Below, in pieces: positions 28,450 to 38,494 of a stretch of 64,000 nt of DNA (position 1 is its first letter; every line of letters begins with the position of its first letter). The stretch is taken from contig CAXQZM010000070.1 of NCBI GenBank assembly GCA_964228455.1, positions 180 to 64,179 of the forward strand, read 5' to 3'. Origin of the DNA: Alphaproteobacteria bacterium (GTDB taxonomy: Bacteria > Pseudomonadota > Alphaproteobacteria > UBA7985). The translations under genes and the position numbers were made by a program. The notes beneath the pieces are model-generated. The model was not told the origin of the DNA. It saw nothing but the letters and a program-made list of their open reading frames with translations, and made no database searches.

Positions 28450-29622
28450 ATGCGCTTTTCTAAGCTTGCCGGAATTATACTTGCTGCAATGGCGCTCACA
28501 AGCTGCCAACCATTCCAGGTCAACCCAGGAAATACAAGAGTAGCCGTAATCTTGCCGCTATCTGGTCCTTTGGGAAGGGTGGGAGAAGAGATGCGCAATT
28601 CTATTGCGATGGCATCTATGGATCGTCCCAGCAATGTGGAAATCAAATATTTTGATAGCCTGGGCACGGCTGAGGGCGCATTTGCTGCAGGGCAAGGTGC
28701 ACAATCTTTCGGGGCTGGTCTAGTGCTAGGGCCTCTAGTTGGTGCCAATATTTCTGAAGTGAGGAGAGGCCTCAACACTGGAGCTTCCATCATATCATTT
28801 TCAAATGACGCCACCAAAGCAAGCCCAAACAACTTCATATTCAATCTTACCCCCGCAGACTCAATAAACCGGGTTCTAGAGTTTTCCGCAGCAAATGAAA
28901 ATTTAAGCATAGGGATGTTGTATCCTAGTAATGACCTCGGCAGAGCAAGTGCTGCAGCCGCTGCTCAGATTGCACCAACACTTGGTATCGATTTGGTTGC
29001 TGCATTTCCTTACGACGTCGATGCAGGCCGAGATGGTGCAACTTCTCGCCAACAAGCAGCGCAAAAAATGGCAGAATTAAGTGATCTAATCGACGGTCTT
29101 TTACTCCCAGATCGTGGGCCTCGATTGCGCGAGATTGCAACATTAGCATTTTTCTATGAGTTGGAACCACCTGAAGAGAATCTCGAAGATAGTTCGGATC
29201 TCGACCAAGAACTCCAGGTTACGGAGTCAGATGAGGAGCCGCGCGAGAAAATTACATACCTTGGGACACACCTTATGGATGATGCCTCTTTGGCAAATGA
29301 ACCCGCGCTGAGTGGCGCATATTTTGCGGGCATAAATGATCGTCTCGAGCAGTTTGAGCAACGATATAGTAATAATTTTTCTAGCAGCCCACAAATCCAC
29401 TCCGTTGCAGCTTACGATGCTATGTCTATGGCTATCAGCTTAGTAAGCAATGGCAAAGGTCTAGGATATCAGTCACTAACAAACCGAAGTGGGTTTGTTG
29501 GCGTATTAGGCACATACCGGCTACTCGGAAATGGTCAGGTTGAGAGGCTTCTAGGTATAAAAACTATTGGGAAAGATGGCATTGAGCTGGTTGATCTACC
29601 TGCTCGTTCGTTTGAAAACTAA
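28450..29622 (+). CDS. Periplasmic-binding-protein-like lipoprotein (LppC/LpoA-like or Leu/Ile/Val-binding family)
   Basis: Lipobox ALTSC. Type I PBP fold start VAVILPLSGPLGRVGEEMRN. An acidic internal stretch EPPEENLEDSSDLDQELQVTESDEEPRE. Confidence 0.55.
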   Translation: MRFSKLAGIILAAMALTSCQPFQVNPGNTRVAVILPLSGPLGRVGEEMRNSIAMASMDRPSNVEIKYFDSLGTAEGAFAAGQGAQSFGAGLVLGPLVGANISEVRRGLNTGASIISFSNDATKASPNNFIFNLTPADSINRVLEFSAANENLSIGMLYPSNDLGRASAAAAAQIAPTLGIDLVAAFPYDVDAGRDGATSRQQAAQKMAELSDLIDGLLLPDRGPRLREIATLAFFYELEPPEENLEDSSDLDQELQVTESDEEPREKITYLGTHLMDDASLANEPALSGAYFAGINDRLEQFEQRYSNNFSSSPQIHSVAAYDAMSMAISLVSNGKGLGYQSLTNRSGFVGVLGTYRLLGNGQVERLLGIKTIGKDGIELVDLPARSFEN

Positions 29623-29826
29623 CAACAATATAATTTTTGCCACAAGAAATGCTAATTGCAGTTCTTAGGGTGCTTAGCTTAGGTCGGTGTTGGGGCTGAA
29701 GCCTACATGATTAACGAACAGTAAAGAGCCTGCACACGCCTCTTGCAAAGGTCTTATCCTTGTCTAGCACTCCCATACTTGATGTCAAAAGCGCTAAAGG
29801 CTCCAGCCTAAACATTAGGAGAGTGT

Positions 29827-30207
29827 ATGGCTCAACGCCCATTGTCGCCCCATCTTAGCGTCTATAAATTACCCCTACTGCCCTTGGTATCTATTATAAC
29901 AAGGATTTGCGCTGTAGCGTTAAGCATTGGGATATTGGTCTTTGGAATATGGCTAATTTCACTTGGTTATAGCTCCGATAGCCTCGCCTTTCTTACTGAA
30001 ATTTTAGTCTCACCGGTTGGAGTTGTATTGCTCGTTGGTTGGACATTTGCTTTCATGTGGCACAGCGCTAATGGGGTACGTCATCTTTTCTGGGATGCTG
30101 GCCATGGCTTCAGTCTGACAGTAGCGGAGCGATCTGGGTATGCAGTAATAATCTTTTCCGTCATCGGGACTTCTATACTTTGGAGCTACATATGGTCCGC
30201 GTTATGA
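29827..30207 (+). CDS. sdhC: Succinate dehydrogenase cytochrome b556 subunit
   Basis: RPLSPHLSVYKLPL N-terminal signature and three TM segments. Confidence 0.85.
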   Translation: MAQRPLSPHLSVYKLPLLPLVSIITRICAVALSIGILVFGIWLISLGYSSDSLAFLTEILVSPVGVVLLVGWTFAFMWHSANGVRHLFWDAGHGFSLTVAERSGYAVIIFSVIGTSILWSYIWSAL

Positions 30208-30602
30208 AAGCAACCTCCTCTTCATCTAGACGCTCTTCACTTGCAGTGGCTCGAGGGCTTGGTTCAGCCGGATCTGGAACTGAAGTCTGGTTCACTCAGC
30301 GCATTACATGGGCCCTCACTATAATTTTGTCTATTATGGTTGTGTTTCTAATGGTTAATCAAGTTGGAAACCCATTGCCTGATATTAAATCTGAACTCTC
30401 AGGCTTTTGGTCTTCACTGCTGCTGATCGTGTTTGTCGCAGTGACTTTCTACCACTATGTTCTAGAGTTGACTGAAGTGATTGAAGACTATGTTCACAAC
30501 CGGCCCTTAGAGCTTCTGCTCCTTCTAATGATTCGATTAGGCTTTGCCGTTGTCGGGTTAGCAGCCATTGTGATGATATTACGAAACTTCCTTAGCCCTT
30601 AA
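30204..30602 (+). CDS. sdhD: Succinate dehydrogenase hydrophobic membrane anchor subunit
   Basis: Three TM helices. Start at the ATG overlapping the sdhC stop (ATGA). Lies directly before sdhA. Confidence 0.7.
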   Translation: MKATSSSSRRSSLAVARGLGSAGSGTEVWFTQRITWALTIILSIMVVFLMVNQVGNPLPDIKSELSGFWSSLLLIVFVAVTFYHYVLELTEVIEDYVHNRPLELLLLLMIRLGFAVVGLAAIVMILRNFLSP

Positions 30603-30616
30603 AAACTTAGACCATT

Positions 30617-32413
30617 ATGCTTTCATCTGCTTATAAATTTACCGACCACACTTACGATGTTGTAGTGGTAGGTGCTGGAGGCTCAGGCCTCCGCGCCACC
30701 CTTGGCTTAGCGGAATCAGGTTTAAAAACAGCCAACATCACAAAAGTTTTCCCAACCCGTTCGCACACTGTTGCAGCCCAAGGAGGAATAGCTGCATCGC
30801 TGGGTAATATGGGCGAAGACAACTGGCAGTGGCACATGTATGACACTGTTAAAGGTTCCGACTGGCTTGGTGATCAAGATGCTATTGAATATATGACACG
30901 AGAGGCCGGCCCGTCAGTTGTTGAACTTGAGCACTATGGAATGCCGTTCTCACGAACGGAAACTGGCGAAATATATCAACGTCCCTTTGGCGGAATGACA
31001 ACACAGTTTGGTAAAGGTCCAGCGGCGATGCGCACTTGTGCAGCAGCCGATCGAACTGGTCACGCAATGCTTCACACGCTTTACCAACAATCTCTTAAAC
31101 GCAAAGCTGAGTTCTACATCGAATACTTTGTAATTGACCTGATGATGGATGAAGATGGATCTTGCCGAGGGGTTGTCGCTCTCAATCTTGATGACGGCAC
31201 CCTTCACCGTTTTCGAGCTCAACAAACTATCTTAGCTACTGGTGGCTATGGTCGCGCGTATTTTTCATGCACTGCTGCACATACGTGCACCGGTGACGGA
31301 GGTGGGATGGCAGCTCGGGCTGGGGTTCCTCTTCAGGATATGGAATTCGTTCAGTTTCATCCGACCGGGATATATGGAGCGGGAGCCCTGATCACTGAAG
31401 GAGTGCGCGGCGAGGGCGGTATACTTCGAAACTCAGATGGTGAAAGGTTCATGGAACGTCACGCCCCTTCCGCAAAAGATCTTGCCTCAAGGGACGTGGT
31501 CTCCCGAGCGATGACTTTGGAAATTCGTGAAGGGCGTGGCGTAGGACCAAGAAGAGACCATATTCATCTGGACCTCACGCATCTACCAACAGAAACAATT
31601 GACAATAAATTGCCCGGCATTGCCGAGACTGCTCGGATATTTGCGGGAGTTGATGTTAAAGAATCACCCATACCAGTGCTTCCAACATGCCACTATAATA
31701 TGGGAGGAGTACCTACTAATTATCATGGCGAAGTGATCCGACCTACCAAAGATGATCCTGATGCAGTGGTTCCTGGCCTTATGGCAGTAGGCGAAGCAGC
31801 CTGCGTGTCAGTCCATGGCGCAAACCGACTCGGCTCCAATTCACTGTTAGATCTCGTAGTATTCGGCCGCGCAGCAGGAAAGAGATGTGTCGAAAAAGTG
31901 GAGCCGGGAGCAACACAAGGCGACCTAAACAGCAAACATGTGGAACTTGCTATTCACCGATTGGATAAATTTCGACACGCAAATGGCGGAACAAAAACCG
32001 CTGATTTGAGACACGAAATGCAGGTCATCATGCAAGAAGACTGTGCTGTTTTTCGAACTGGAGAGAGCCTAACTGCAGGAGTTTCTCGAATGCAAGATGC
32101 GTGGACTAAGCGAGCGGACCTAAATGTATCTGACAAGTCCCTAGTTTGGAACTCAGACCTTGTTGAAACATTAGAGCTCGACAACCTGTTATTCCAGGCT
32201 GCAGCCACAATTCACTCCGCAGCTAATCGAACTGAGTCACGAGGCGCACACGCGCGAGAAGACTTCACTCAACGCGATGATGACCAATGGATGAAACATT
32301 CGCTTGCCTATATCGACGAGACCGGTGTGCAAAGTATGAATTACCGGCCGGTTCACACATTTACGCTATCCAATGACGTCGCCTATATTGAGCCAGCAAA
32401 GAGGGTTTATTGA
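30617..32413 (+). CDS. sdhA: Succinate dehydrogenase flavoprotein subunit
   Basis: [17 protein letters not shown] fold, [10 protein letters not shown] (covalent FAD His), HYNMGG. 598 aa. Confidence 0.95.
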   Translation: MLSSAYKFTDHTYDVVVVGAGGSGLRATLGLAESGLKTANITKVFPTRSHTVAAQGGIAASLGNMGEDNWQWHMYDTVKGSDWLGDQDAIEYMTREAGPSVVELEHYGMPFSRTETGEIYQRPFGGMTTQFGKGPAAMRTCAAADRTGHAMLHTLYQQSLKRKAEFYIEYFVIDLMMDEDGSCRGVVALNLDDGTLHRFRAQQTILATGGYGRAYFSCTAAHTCTGDGGGMAARAGVPLQDMEFVQFHPTGIYGAGALITEGVRGEGGILRNSDGERFMERHAPSAKDLASRDVVSRAMTLEIREGRGVGPRRDHIHLDLTHLPTETIDNKLPGIAETARIFAGVDVKESPIPVLPTCHYNMGGVPTNYHGEVIRPTKDDPDAVVPGLMAVGEAACVSVHGANRLGSNSLLDLVVFGRAAGKRCVEKVEPGATQGDLNSKHVELAIHRLDKFRHANGGTKTADLRHEMQVIMQEDCAVFRTGESLTAGVSRMQDAWTKRADLNVSDKSLVWNSDLVETLELDNLLFQAAATIHSAANRTESRGAHAREDFTQRDDDQWMKHSLAYIDETGVQSMNYRPVHTFTLSNDVAYIEPAKRVY

Positions 32414-32521
32414 AAAAGCAGACCAGCGTGAAACCCCGCTGACCTCAAATTTATACTTCGAGTTCTCTCTTAGAGCCATGCTTTGCTATAGAATATCGCT
32501 AATAATAATTTAAATGGGCTT

Positions 32522-33205
32522 ATGCGGTATGTTTTTGATCCAGCACCAGTCCCAACCCTGTCCGTAGAAGGACGTAGTGATCGATTTCCTGTTCATCGTG
32601 TTTTCTGCGTAGGCAGAAATTTTTCTGAACACGCGCTGGAAATGGGCAACACAGTAGATCGCACAACGCCGTTCTACTTTACGAAATCAAGTCATCATGT
32701 GAGAGAAGCTAAGGGTCAAATTGCAATTGCCTCCCAAACACAAGATTACCACCACGAAGTGGAACTCGTTGTAGCCCTTAAAGGTGGTGGAACAAATATT
32801 TCGAAAAATCTCTCCCTCAGTCACGTCTTTGGCTACGCTGTTGGGTTGGATATGACCCGGCGCGATCTACAAAAAACTGCAAAAGACAAGCGCAGACCTT
32901 GGGCTACAGCAAAAGATGTGCAAGAATCTGCACTAGTTGGCCCTTTACTTGAGACATCAATCCCAAATGGACCAATTTGTTTAGCGGTTAACGAGGATAT
33001 CCGTCAGCTAGGTCATTTGAGCGAAATGATATGGTCGGTAGAAGAGATTATATCGGATCTTTCTAAACTATATACACTCCATGCCGGAGACTTAATTTTT
33101 ATGGGAACACCCTCAGGGGTTGGGCCAGTTCATATCGGAGACACACTAAAGGGATCAATAGAAGGGTTGCCCAAACTTGAACTCACGTTAGTGGGCAGTG
33201 ATTAA
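32522..33205 (+). CDS. Fumarylacetoacetate hydrolase (FAH) family protein
   Basis: FCVGRNFSEHALEMG, HHEVELVVAL and GTPSGVG motifs of the FAH/HpcE family. Confidence 0.8.
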   Translation: MRYVFDPAPVPTLSVEGRSDRFPVHRVFCVGRNFSEHALEMGNTVDRTTPFYFTKSSHHVREAKGQIAIASQTQDYHHEVELVVALKGGGTNISKNLSLSHVFGYAVGLDMTRRDLQKTAKDKRRPWATAKDVQESALVGPLLETSIPNGPICLAVNEDIRQLGHLSEMIWSVEEIISDLSKLYTLHAGDLIFMGTPSGVGPVHIGDTLKGSIEGLPKLELTLVGSD

Positions 33206-34081
33206 GTTCTGCTCAACCGCGGCTGTTTTCATTGCGTCTTGGAGCTTTTCAAACGCCCGAACCTCAATTTGACGGATACGCTCACGACTCACATTATAAA
33301 TCTGGCTAAGGTCTTCTAGAGTGCTTGGTTCCTCTGATAGCCGACGTTTTACTATTATATCTCTCTCTCTATCATTTAGGCCAGACATAGCCTTAGTGAG
33401 AAGTTCGCGTCGCTTATCAAATTCGTCTGTCTCTGCAAGTTGCGCTTCCTGTCCGGGAGCATCATCCACCAGCCAATCTTGCCATTCACCTTCCCCATCC
33501 ATGCGAAGGGGAGCATTAAGAGATTGGTCAGCTCCAGACATTCGGCGATTCATGGAAATCACTTCATCCTCATTTACGTCCAAACGTTCTGCTATTTCCG
33601 ACACATGCTCGGGACTTAAATCTCCATCTTCATATGCCTGCATTTGATTTTTCATTCTTCTTAGATTGAAAAATAACTTCTTCTGCGCCGCGGTAGTGCC
33701 CATTTTGACCAGAGACCAAGAATGCAGAATGTACTCATGAATTGAAGCACGTATCCACCACATAGCATAGGTAGACAGGCGAAAGCCCTTGTCGGGGTCA
33801 AATTTTTTGACTGCCTGCATCATGCCTACGTTACCCTCTGATATCAGCTCGGTAACAGGCAAGCCATATCCGCGATAACCCATCGCAATTTTAGCAACTA
33901 ACCTAAGGTGGCTTGTTACAAGCTTGTGCGCCGAATGAACATTCCCCTGCTCTCTCCAGTCTGTAGCAAGCTGAAATTCCTCCTCGGCACTAAGCATGGG
34001 AAATTTTTTAATCTCACTTAAATAGCGAGATAGGTTAGATTCTGCAGACAGCGCCGGCAGAGCGATGTTTTGGCTCATCAC
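33188..34081 (-). CDS. rpoH: RNA polymerase sigma-32 factor
   Basis: RpoH box QKKLFFNLRRMK, regions 2 and 4 of the sigma-70 family. 297 aa. Confidence 0.9.
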   Translation of the reverse strand: MMSQNIALPALSAESNLSRYLSEIKKFPMLSAEEEFQLATDWREQGNVHSAHKLVTSHLRLVAKIAMGYRGYGLPVTELISEGNVGMMQAVKKFDPDKGFRLSTYAMWWIRASIHEYILHSWSLVKMGTTAAQKKLFFNLRRMKNQMQAYEDGDLSPEHVSEIAERLDVNEDEVISMNRRMSGADQSLNAPLRMDGEGEWQDWLVDDAPGQEAQLAETDEFDKRRELLTKAMSGLNDRERDIIVKRRLSEEPSTLEDLSQIYNVSRERIRQIEVRAFEKLQDAMKTAAVEQNLITAH

Positions 34082-34294
34082 GTTCTCCTGGCCTAAGATT
34101 TATAAATAGGCAACCCAAGACAGCCATAGTCACCTTGCGATTAAGCGCGACTAATGTCTTTTCAAGTCCCTCACTCGGCCTCTAATTCTAATATGAGAAG
34201 TTAATTAGGTAACTTCAAGACACATAGCTTCACAGACAGGCGAGCAGCCAATTTTAGGATAGCAGGCTTAATTGGTTTAGCGCATATATCGATC

Positions 34295-35080
34295 ATGAAT
34301 TTGATAATAGAACACGAGAGTAGTCTGCGCCTAGCGGTTTTCATTGGCCTTTTAACAGTTATGTTTACCTGGGAGTCAGTGACCCCTGCACGACGTTTTG
34401 AAGTATCAAAGAAGACCCGTTGGAGCGCCAATATCGGACTAGTTTTAATCGACACAGCCGTTCTAAGGCTTCTAGTGCCAATCTTAGCTGTAGGAATTGC
34501 CTCCAGAGAATGGGGCTTAATGAATTGGATTTCCACTCCAGTATGGGTTTCAGGAATTGTAGGTTACATTGCGCTAGAATTGCTTGTCTACTGGCAGCAC
34601 CGGTTTTTCCATACCGTTCCATTCTTATGGCGATTTCACCGCGTGCATCATTGCGATACCGGGTTTGACTCCACAACTGGTCTTCGGTTCCACCCGGTAG
34701 AATCAATAATTTCAATGCTATCAAAGGTGGCTGTTGTTGCAACCTTAGGTATCCCTGTAATTTCAGTATTTATATTTGAAATTATTTTAAGTGGGACAGC
34801 TATTTTTAATCATGCAAATATTAGGCTGCCCGTTAAGTTCGAAAGCTGGGTTAGAAAATTGATTGTAACTCCTGATCACCACCGAATTCATCACTCATCG
34901 GCCGAAAATGAAACCAACTCGAACTTCGCTTTTTCAATTGTGATATGGGACCACTTATTTGACACCTACCAGTACTCGCCTGCAAAGGGCCAAAACAATA
35001 TGCAGATTGGACTTGAAGGCCTCCGGAGTTCGCAGGAACAGCGACTGGATAAGCTCTTGTTGCAGCCTTTAAAAAAATAG
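34295..35080 (+). CDS. Sterol desaturase / fatty acid hydroxylase superfamily membrane protein
   Basis: Histidine boxes HRFFH, HRVHHCD and HHRIHH, with several TM helices. Confidence 0.75.
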   Translation: MNLIIEHESSLRLAVFIGLLTVMFTWESVTPARRFEVSKKTRWSANIGLVLIDTAVLRLLVPILAVGIASREWGLMNWISTPVWVSGIVGYIALELLVYWQHRFFHTVPFLWRFHRVHHCDTGFDSTTGLRFHPVESIISMLSKVAVVATLGIPVISVFIFEIILSGTAIFNHANIRLPVKFESWVRKLIVTPDHHRIHHSSAENETNSNFAFSIVIWDHLFDTYQYSPAKGQNNMQIGLEGLRSSQEQRLDKLLLQPLKK

Positions 35081-35157
35081 GGTTCCACCAGCAAACCTAG
35101 GGCATGCAACTAAAAATCTTGACCCTACCCATTTGGTCTTTTGGCTAGTTGTAAATA

Positions 35158-35874
35158 TTATTGTCTATTTAATGCTACATTTGACTGATTTTTGCGAATT
35201 ACGAACAGCCATGCATCTAAATTGGAGTTCAGCTTTTCTTGAACGGAGTGTTCAAGAGATATCTGAGAACCGAACCACATGGTTAAAACATATGGCATGG
35301 AGGTAGGGCGAACACCAAACGGATCCATTTTTGAAGCGTATGCTGGACCATGCGATTTAGTATGCTCGATTATTAAGATTCCGTTTTCTTTTAGCTGAGC
35401 CAACCAAGTCTCCAAAGCCAATTGTGGCTTCCATGCTTGATCCAGAGAATTAGTATAGATGAAATCTTTGGAGCCCAACCAGGCGTCATTTACATCGTGA
35501 AAATCCCACTGAAACGAATTTTCATAGTTATTGGCAGTATCTGATATATCAGTTCCAATAACATCAAATTTCTTGGACGCTTCCCGCAAATAATTCTGCT
35601 CAAATCCATTGCGCGAACCATGGCAAATTCCACTAATGGTCTCAATGTCTTTAAATTCCCTAAGAACGAGCTCTGCGACTCTATCTAGAGTTTTCTTATC
35701 AGCAAAAACTCGGTCAATCTTGCGCTTGTTGTGAAATACTTGAGCAGTTTTATATTCGTCATATGAGGAGTACTCGTGCAAGTAAAAATCCGTCATATCC
35801 TTTTCTTTTACTACTACATATCCGAATGGCTTAAATAAGGACCTGAAAAATCGTTTAACTAGATTTTCTGCCAT
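35158..35874 (-). CDS. Putative SAM-dependent methyltransferase (orphan, in AT-rich patch)
   Basis: GICHGSRNG...DVIGTDIS resembles methyltransferase motifs I/II. The ORF lies in a locally AT-rich segment. Confidence 0.45.
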   Translation of the reverse strand: MAENLVKRFFRSLFKPFGYVVVKEKDMTDFYLHEYSSYDEYKTAQVFHNKRKIDRVFADKKTLDRVAELVLREFKDIETISGICHGSRNGFEQNYLREASKKFDVIGTDISDTANNYENSFQWDFHDVNDAWLGSKDFIYTNSLDQAWKPQLALETWLAQLKENGILIIEHTKSHGPAYASKMDPFGVRPTSMPYVLTMWFGSQISLEHSVQEKLNSNLDAWLFVIRKNQSNVALNRQ

Positions 35875-35915
35875 GCGTATACCCTTCCTAAAAAAACTAT
35901 TGCTTGCTCCTACTC

Positions 35916-36749
35916 TTAAGCTGGAGTCTCTTTCAAAAAGCCCATCTGTTCTCCTAACTTAGCAAGGGTCACCATATTTCCAGACGCACCAGAAAGCGAC
36001 CATCCGCCATCTGCTGGAATAACGGTACCGCTAACATAGGCTCCTAAATCAGAAGCTAACATTAACGCAACCTTGCCGACATCATGCGGATGGCCCAGCC
36101 TCTTAATTGGAACGGAGTCTCTCGTGGACTCAAGCAGTTCGGGCGTTGGAGCCAGACGCTCCATACCCTCTGTGCCATCAATTGGGCCCGGTGAAATAGA
36201 ATTGACTAAAATGCCCTTGGGACCCCACTCCATCGCAAGGGTCTTAGTAACCATGTCAACACCAGCCTTGGCCGCGCATACATGGACTTGGGCCATCATA
36301 GGTAACCAAGCTTGTGGAGCTGAAATATTGATCACTCGACCGCCAGGTTGTTTCAGATGCGGATAACCAGCTCGCATTACATGAAAAGTCCCGAGTAAAT
36401 CGATATCTATCACTGACTTAAAACCATTTGGAGAAAGGCCGTTTGCTAAAGCGGGGAAATTACCCGCTGCACCAGAAATCAGCACATCAATCTGGCCAAA
36501 CTGATCATTACAAGCCTGAAAAACTGCTTTCACCCCATCATAGTTTCTAACATCCGTGCATGCTCCTGCTGCCAACCCCTTTTTGCGACTGTTGAGGCCT
36601 TCTATGGCCTTGTCTAACTTTTCCTGTTTGCGGCCAACAACAAAAACATTGCAACCCTGGTCCATAAAACATTCGGCTATTCCCAAGTTTATTCCGCTTG
36701 TGCCTCCCGAAATAAAAACAGTTTGACCGCTTAAATTAAGGTCTATCAT
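35916..36749 (-). CDS. SDR-family oxidoreductase (dienoyl-CoA reductase-like)
   Basis: VFISGGTSGINLGIA matches the TGxxxGIG motif. Start chosen at the ATG (MIDLNLSGQ) preceded by GGAGG. The ORF in the track extends to 36797. Confidence 0.8.
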   Translation of the reverse strand: MIDLNLSGQTVFISGGTSGINLGIAECFMDQGCNVFVVGRKQEKLDKAIEGLNSRKKGLAAGACTDVRNYDGVKAVFQACNDQFGQIDVLISGAAGNFPALANGLSPNGFKSVIDIDLLGTFHVMRAGYPHLKQPGGRVINISAPQAWLPMMAQVHVCAAKAGVDMVTKTLAMEWGPKGILVNSISPGPIDGTEGMERLAPTPELLESTRDSVPIKRLGHPHDVGKVALMLASDLGAYVSGTVIPADGGWSLSGASGNMVTLAKLGEQMGFLKETPA

Positions 36750-38137
36750 AATTGCTGCTCCTCCATATTTTTCACAGACGGTGCTTCCCATGCGCACCTT
36801 TTTTCATAAATCTCACGTAACCGCCGTATCTTATCATTCAAGGGGTCCCAATTGTCCCTTGCGGCTATTTCTTGCCATAGATCTTCGACCTCAGTTAGAA
36901 GCATTGTTTCAGATTTATGTTCTACTGGATAGCCTGACCAGCCCTCCGATAGACTCCGCATTCTCTGAGAGAGATGTTCACGTTGATCGGTACTGAAATA
37001 ATAAAATAGATCCTCAAACGGAAGCTGCTCCTCTCTCAGCTCACTCAACAAGGCTTCTGCTAACTTTGTATCTGTGGCGAAATCACCACTAGAGTGAAGG
37101 CGTGTTCGCCAAAAAAACTGTGATATTGAAGCCGCTTGAAGCAAATCTCCAAACTCTGACAAAATGGTTTGAAGAGGAACAGTATTGGTGTGCAAAATCG
37201 AAAGAGCCGAAGCCAACGCCGTTAAATTCCAAGACACCGCCCTAGGCTGGCGCCCGTAAGCATAAAGGCCATTATTGTCGAAATAAGCGGCAGTAAACTT
37301 GCCATCGTAGGTAGGTAACCAACGCCACGGACCGTAGTCGAACGATTCCCCAGTAATATTGATATTATCTGTGTTTAGGACACCATGAACAAATCCTGCC
37401 ATCATCCAGCCAGCGAGAGTTAATGCTTTACGCCGCACAATTTCACGAAGAAGTATCTGCACTGCTTCGATAATACCCAACCGTTGGTCATCAATTCGGT
37501 AGTAGTGCGTTAAAACGTAGCGCACCAGGTGCTCCATTAAGTCGGCTCTTTTCTCGAAAGCTAATCGCTGAAAAGTCCCGATCCGAATATGCGAATGTGA
37601 CAAGCGAGTCAGCATAGCCGATCTTGCCGGTGAAGGTTCGTCTCCACGATAAAGTTCAGTATCTAGATCCTCGACTATTGCAAATGTTCGAGAAGTGGGC
37701 ACTCCCTGAGACTCCAGCATAGAAGTTGCTAGTAGTTCTCGCACAGCTCCTTTTAGCGTCAGTCGCCCATCACCTGAACGAGAATATGGCGTGATACCCG
37801 TGCCTTTTGTCCCAAAATCTAAAAGTCTTGAAGTGCCCCCGAGCTCAATACATTGGGCAAATAGAAATCCTCGGCCATCTCCTAGATTAGGATTATATAC
37901 CTGAAATTGGTGGCCATGATATCTTAGTGCTAAGGGTTTCTGCAAACTACCCGGGAGAGGCTCAAATCTGCCAAAATGATGTTCAATCTGTGCGGCGCTT
38001 AAACCCAATAATCCAACTGAAAAAGCAGCATCTTGATTAAAATATCGCACCCTGATGTTTTCGCACATAACTGGCTCAACAGGATCAAATAAACTTTTTC
38101 CTAAACTCAAATGATCAGTGCGGCCCTTGAAATTCAT
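36746..38137 (-). CDS. selO: Protein adenylyltransferase SelO (YdiU/UPF0061)
   Basis: Kinase-like fold with HGVLNTDNINITGESFDYG catalytic region. 463 aa. Confidence 0.85.
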   Translation of the reverse strand: MNFKGRTDHLSLGKSLFDPVEPVMCENIRVRYFNQDAAFSVGLLGLSAAQIEHHFGRFEPLPGSLQKPLALRYHGHQFQVYNPNLGDGRGFLFAQCIELGGTSRLLDFGTKGTGITPYSRSGDGRLTLKGAVRELLATSMLESQGVPTSRTFAIVEDLDTELYRGDEPSPARSAMLTRLSHSHIRIGTFQRLAFEKRADLMEHLVRYVLTHYYRIDDQRLGIIEAVQILLREIVRRKALTLAGWMMAGFVHGVLNTDNINITGESFDYGPWRWLPTYDGKFTAAYFDNNGLYAYGRQPRAVSWNLTALASALSILHTNTVPLQTILSEFGDLLQAASISQFFWRTRLHSSGDFATDTKLAEALLSELREEQLPFEDLFYYFSTDQREHLSQRMRSLSEGWSGYPVEHKSETMLLTEVEDLWQEIAARDNWDPLNDKIRRLREIYEKRCAWEAPSVKNMEEQQL

Positions 38138-38149
38138 CGGATCATACTA

Positions 38150-38186
38150 AAAATAAAAAAGCCCGCTAACTGCGGGCCTTTTATAA
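38150..38186 (-). terminator. Rho-independent terminator downstream of rpmE
   Basis: Minus-strand read ataaaaGGCCCGCagttaGCGGGCttttttatttt. GC stem plus U-tract. Confidence 0.6.
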
Positions 38187-38205
38187 CTGAGATGTAGCGA
38201 TCTCA

Positions 38206-38433
38206 CTAAACCTTGAGTGAGTTGATCGCACCAAACCGATTCTTAAACTTACCAACCTGGCCGCCAGTGTCAGATAAACGCTGAACACCCGTCCATGCTG
38301 GGTGTGTCTTTGGGTCAATGTCTAAACGAAGGGTATCCCCCTCAGAGCCCCAAGTTGAGCGCGTTTTAAATTCGGTACCATCTGTCATAACGACGGTAAT
38401 CTCGTGGTAGTCGGGATGAGTGTCAGCCTTCAT
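38206..38433 (-). CDS. rpmE: 50S ribosomal protein L31 (Cys-less form)
   Basis: [29 protein letters not shown] is a typical L31 N-terminus. No CxxC zinc motif is present. Confidence 0.9.
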   Translation of the reverse strand: MKADTHPDYHEITVVMTDGTEFKTRSTWGSEGDTLRLDIDPKTHPAWTGVQRLSDTGGQVGKFKNRFGAINSLKV

Positions 38434-38494
38434 GGCACAAACCTTTCAAATTCGAAGCCGGGGCTCTAGGGCGATTCAACAATCAAAGCAATAC

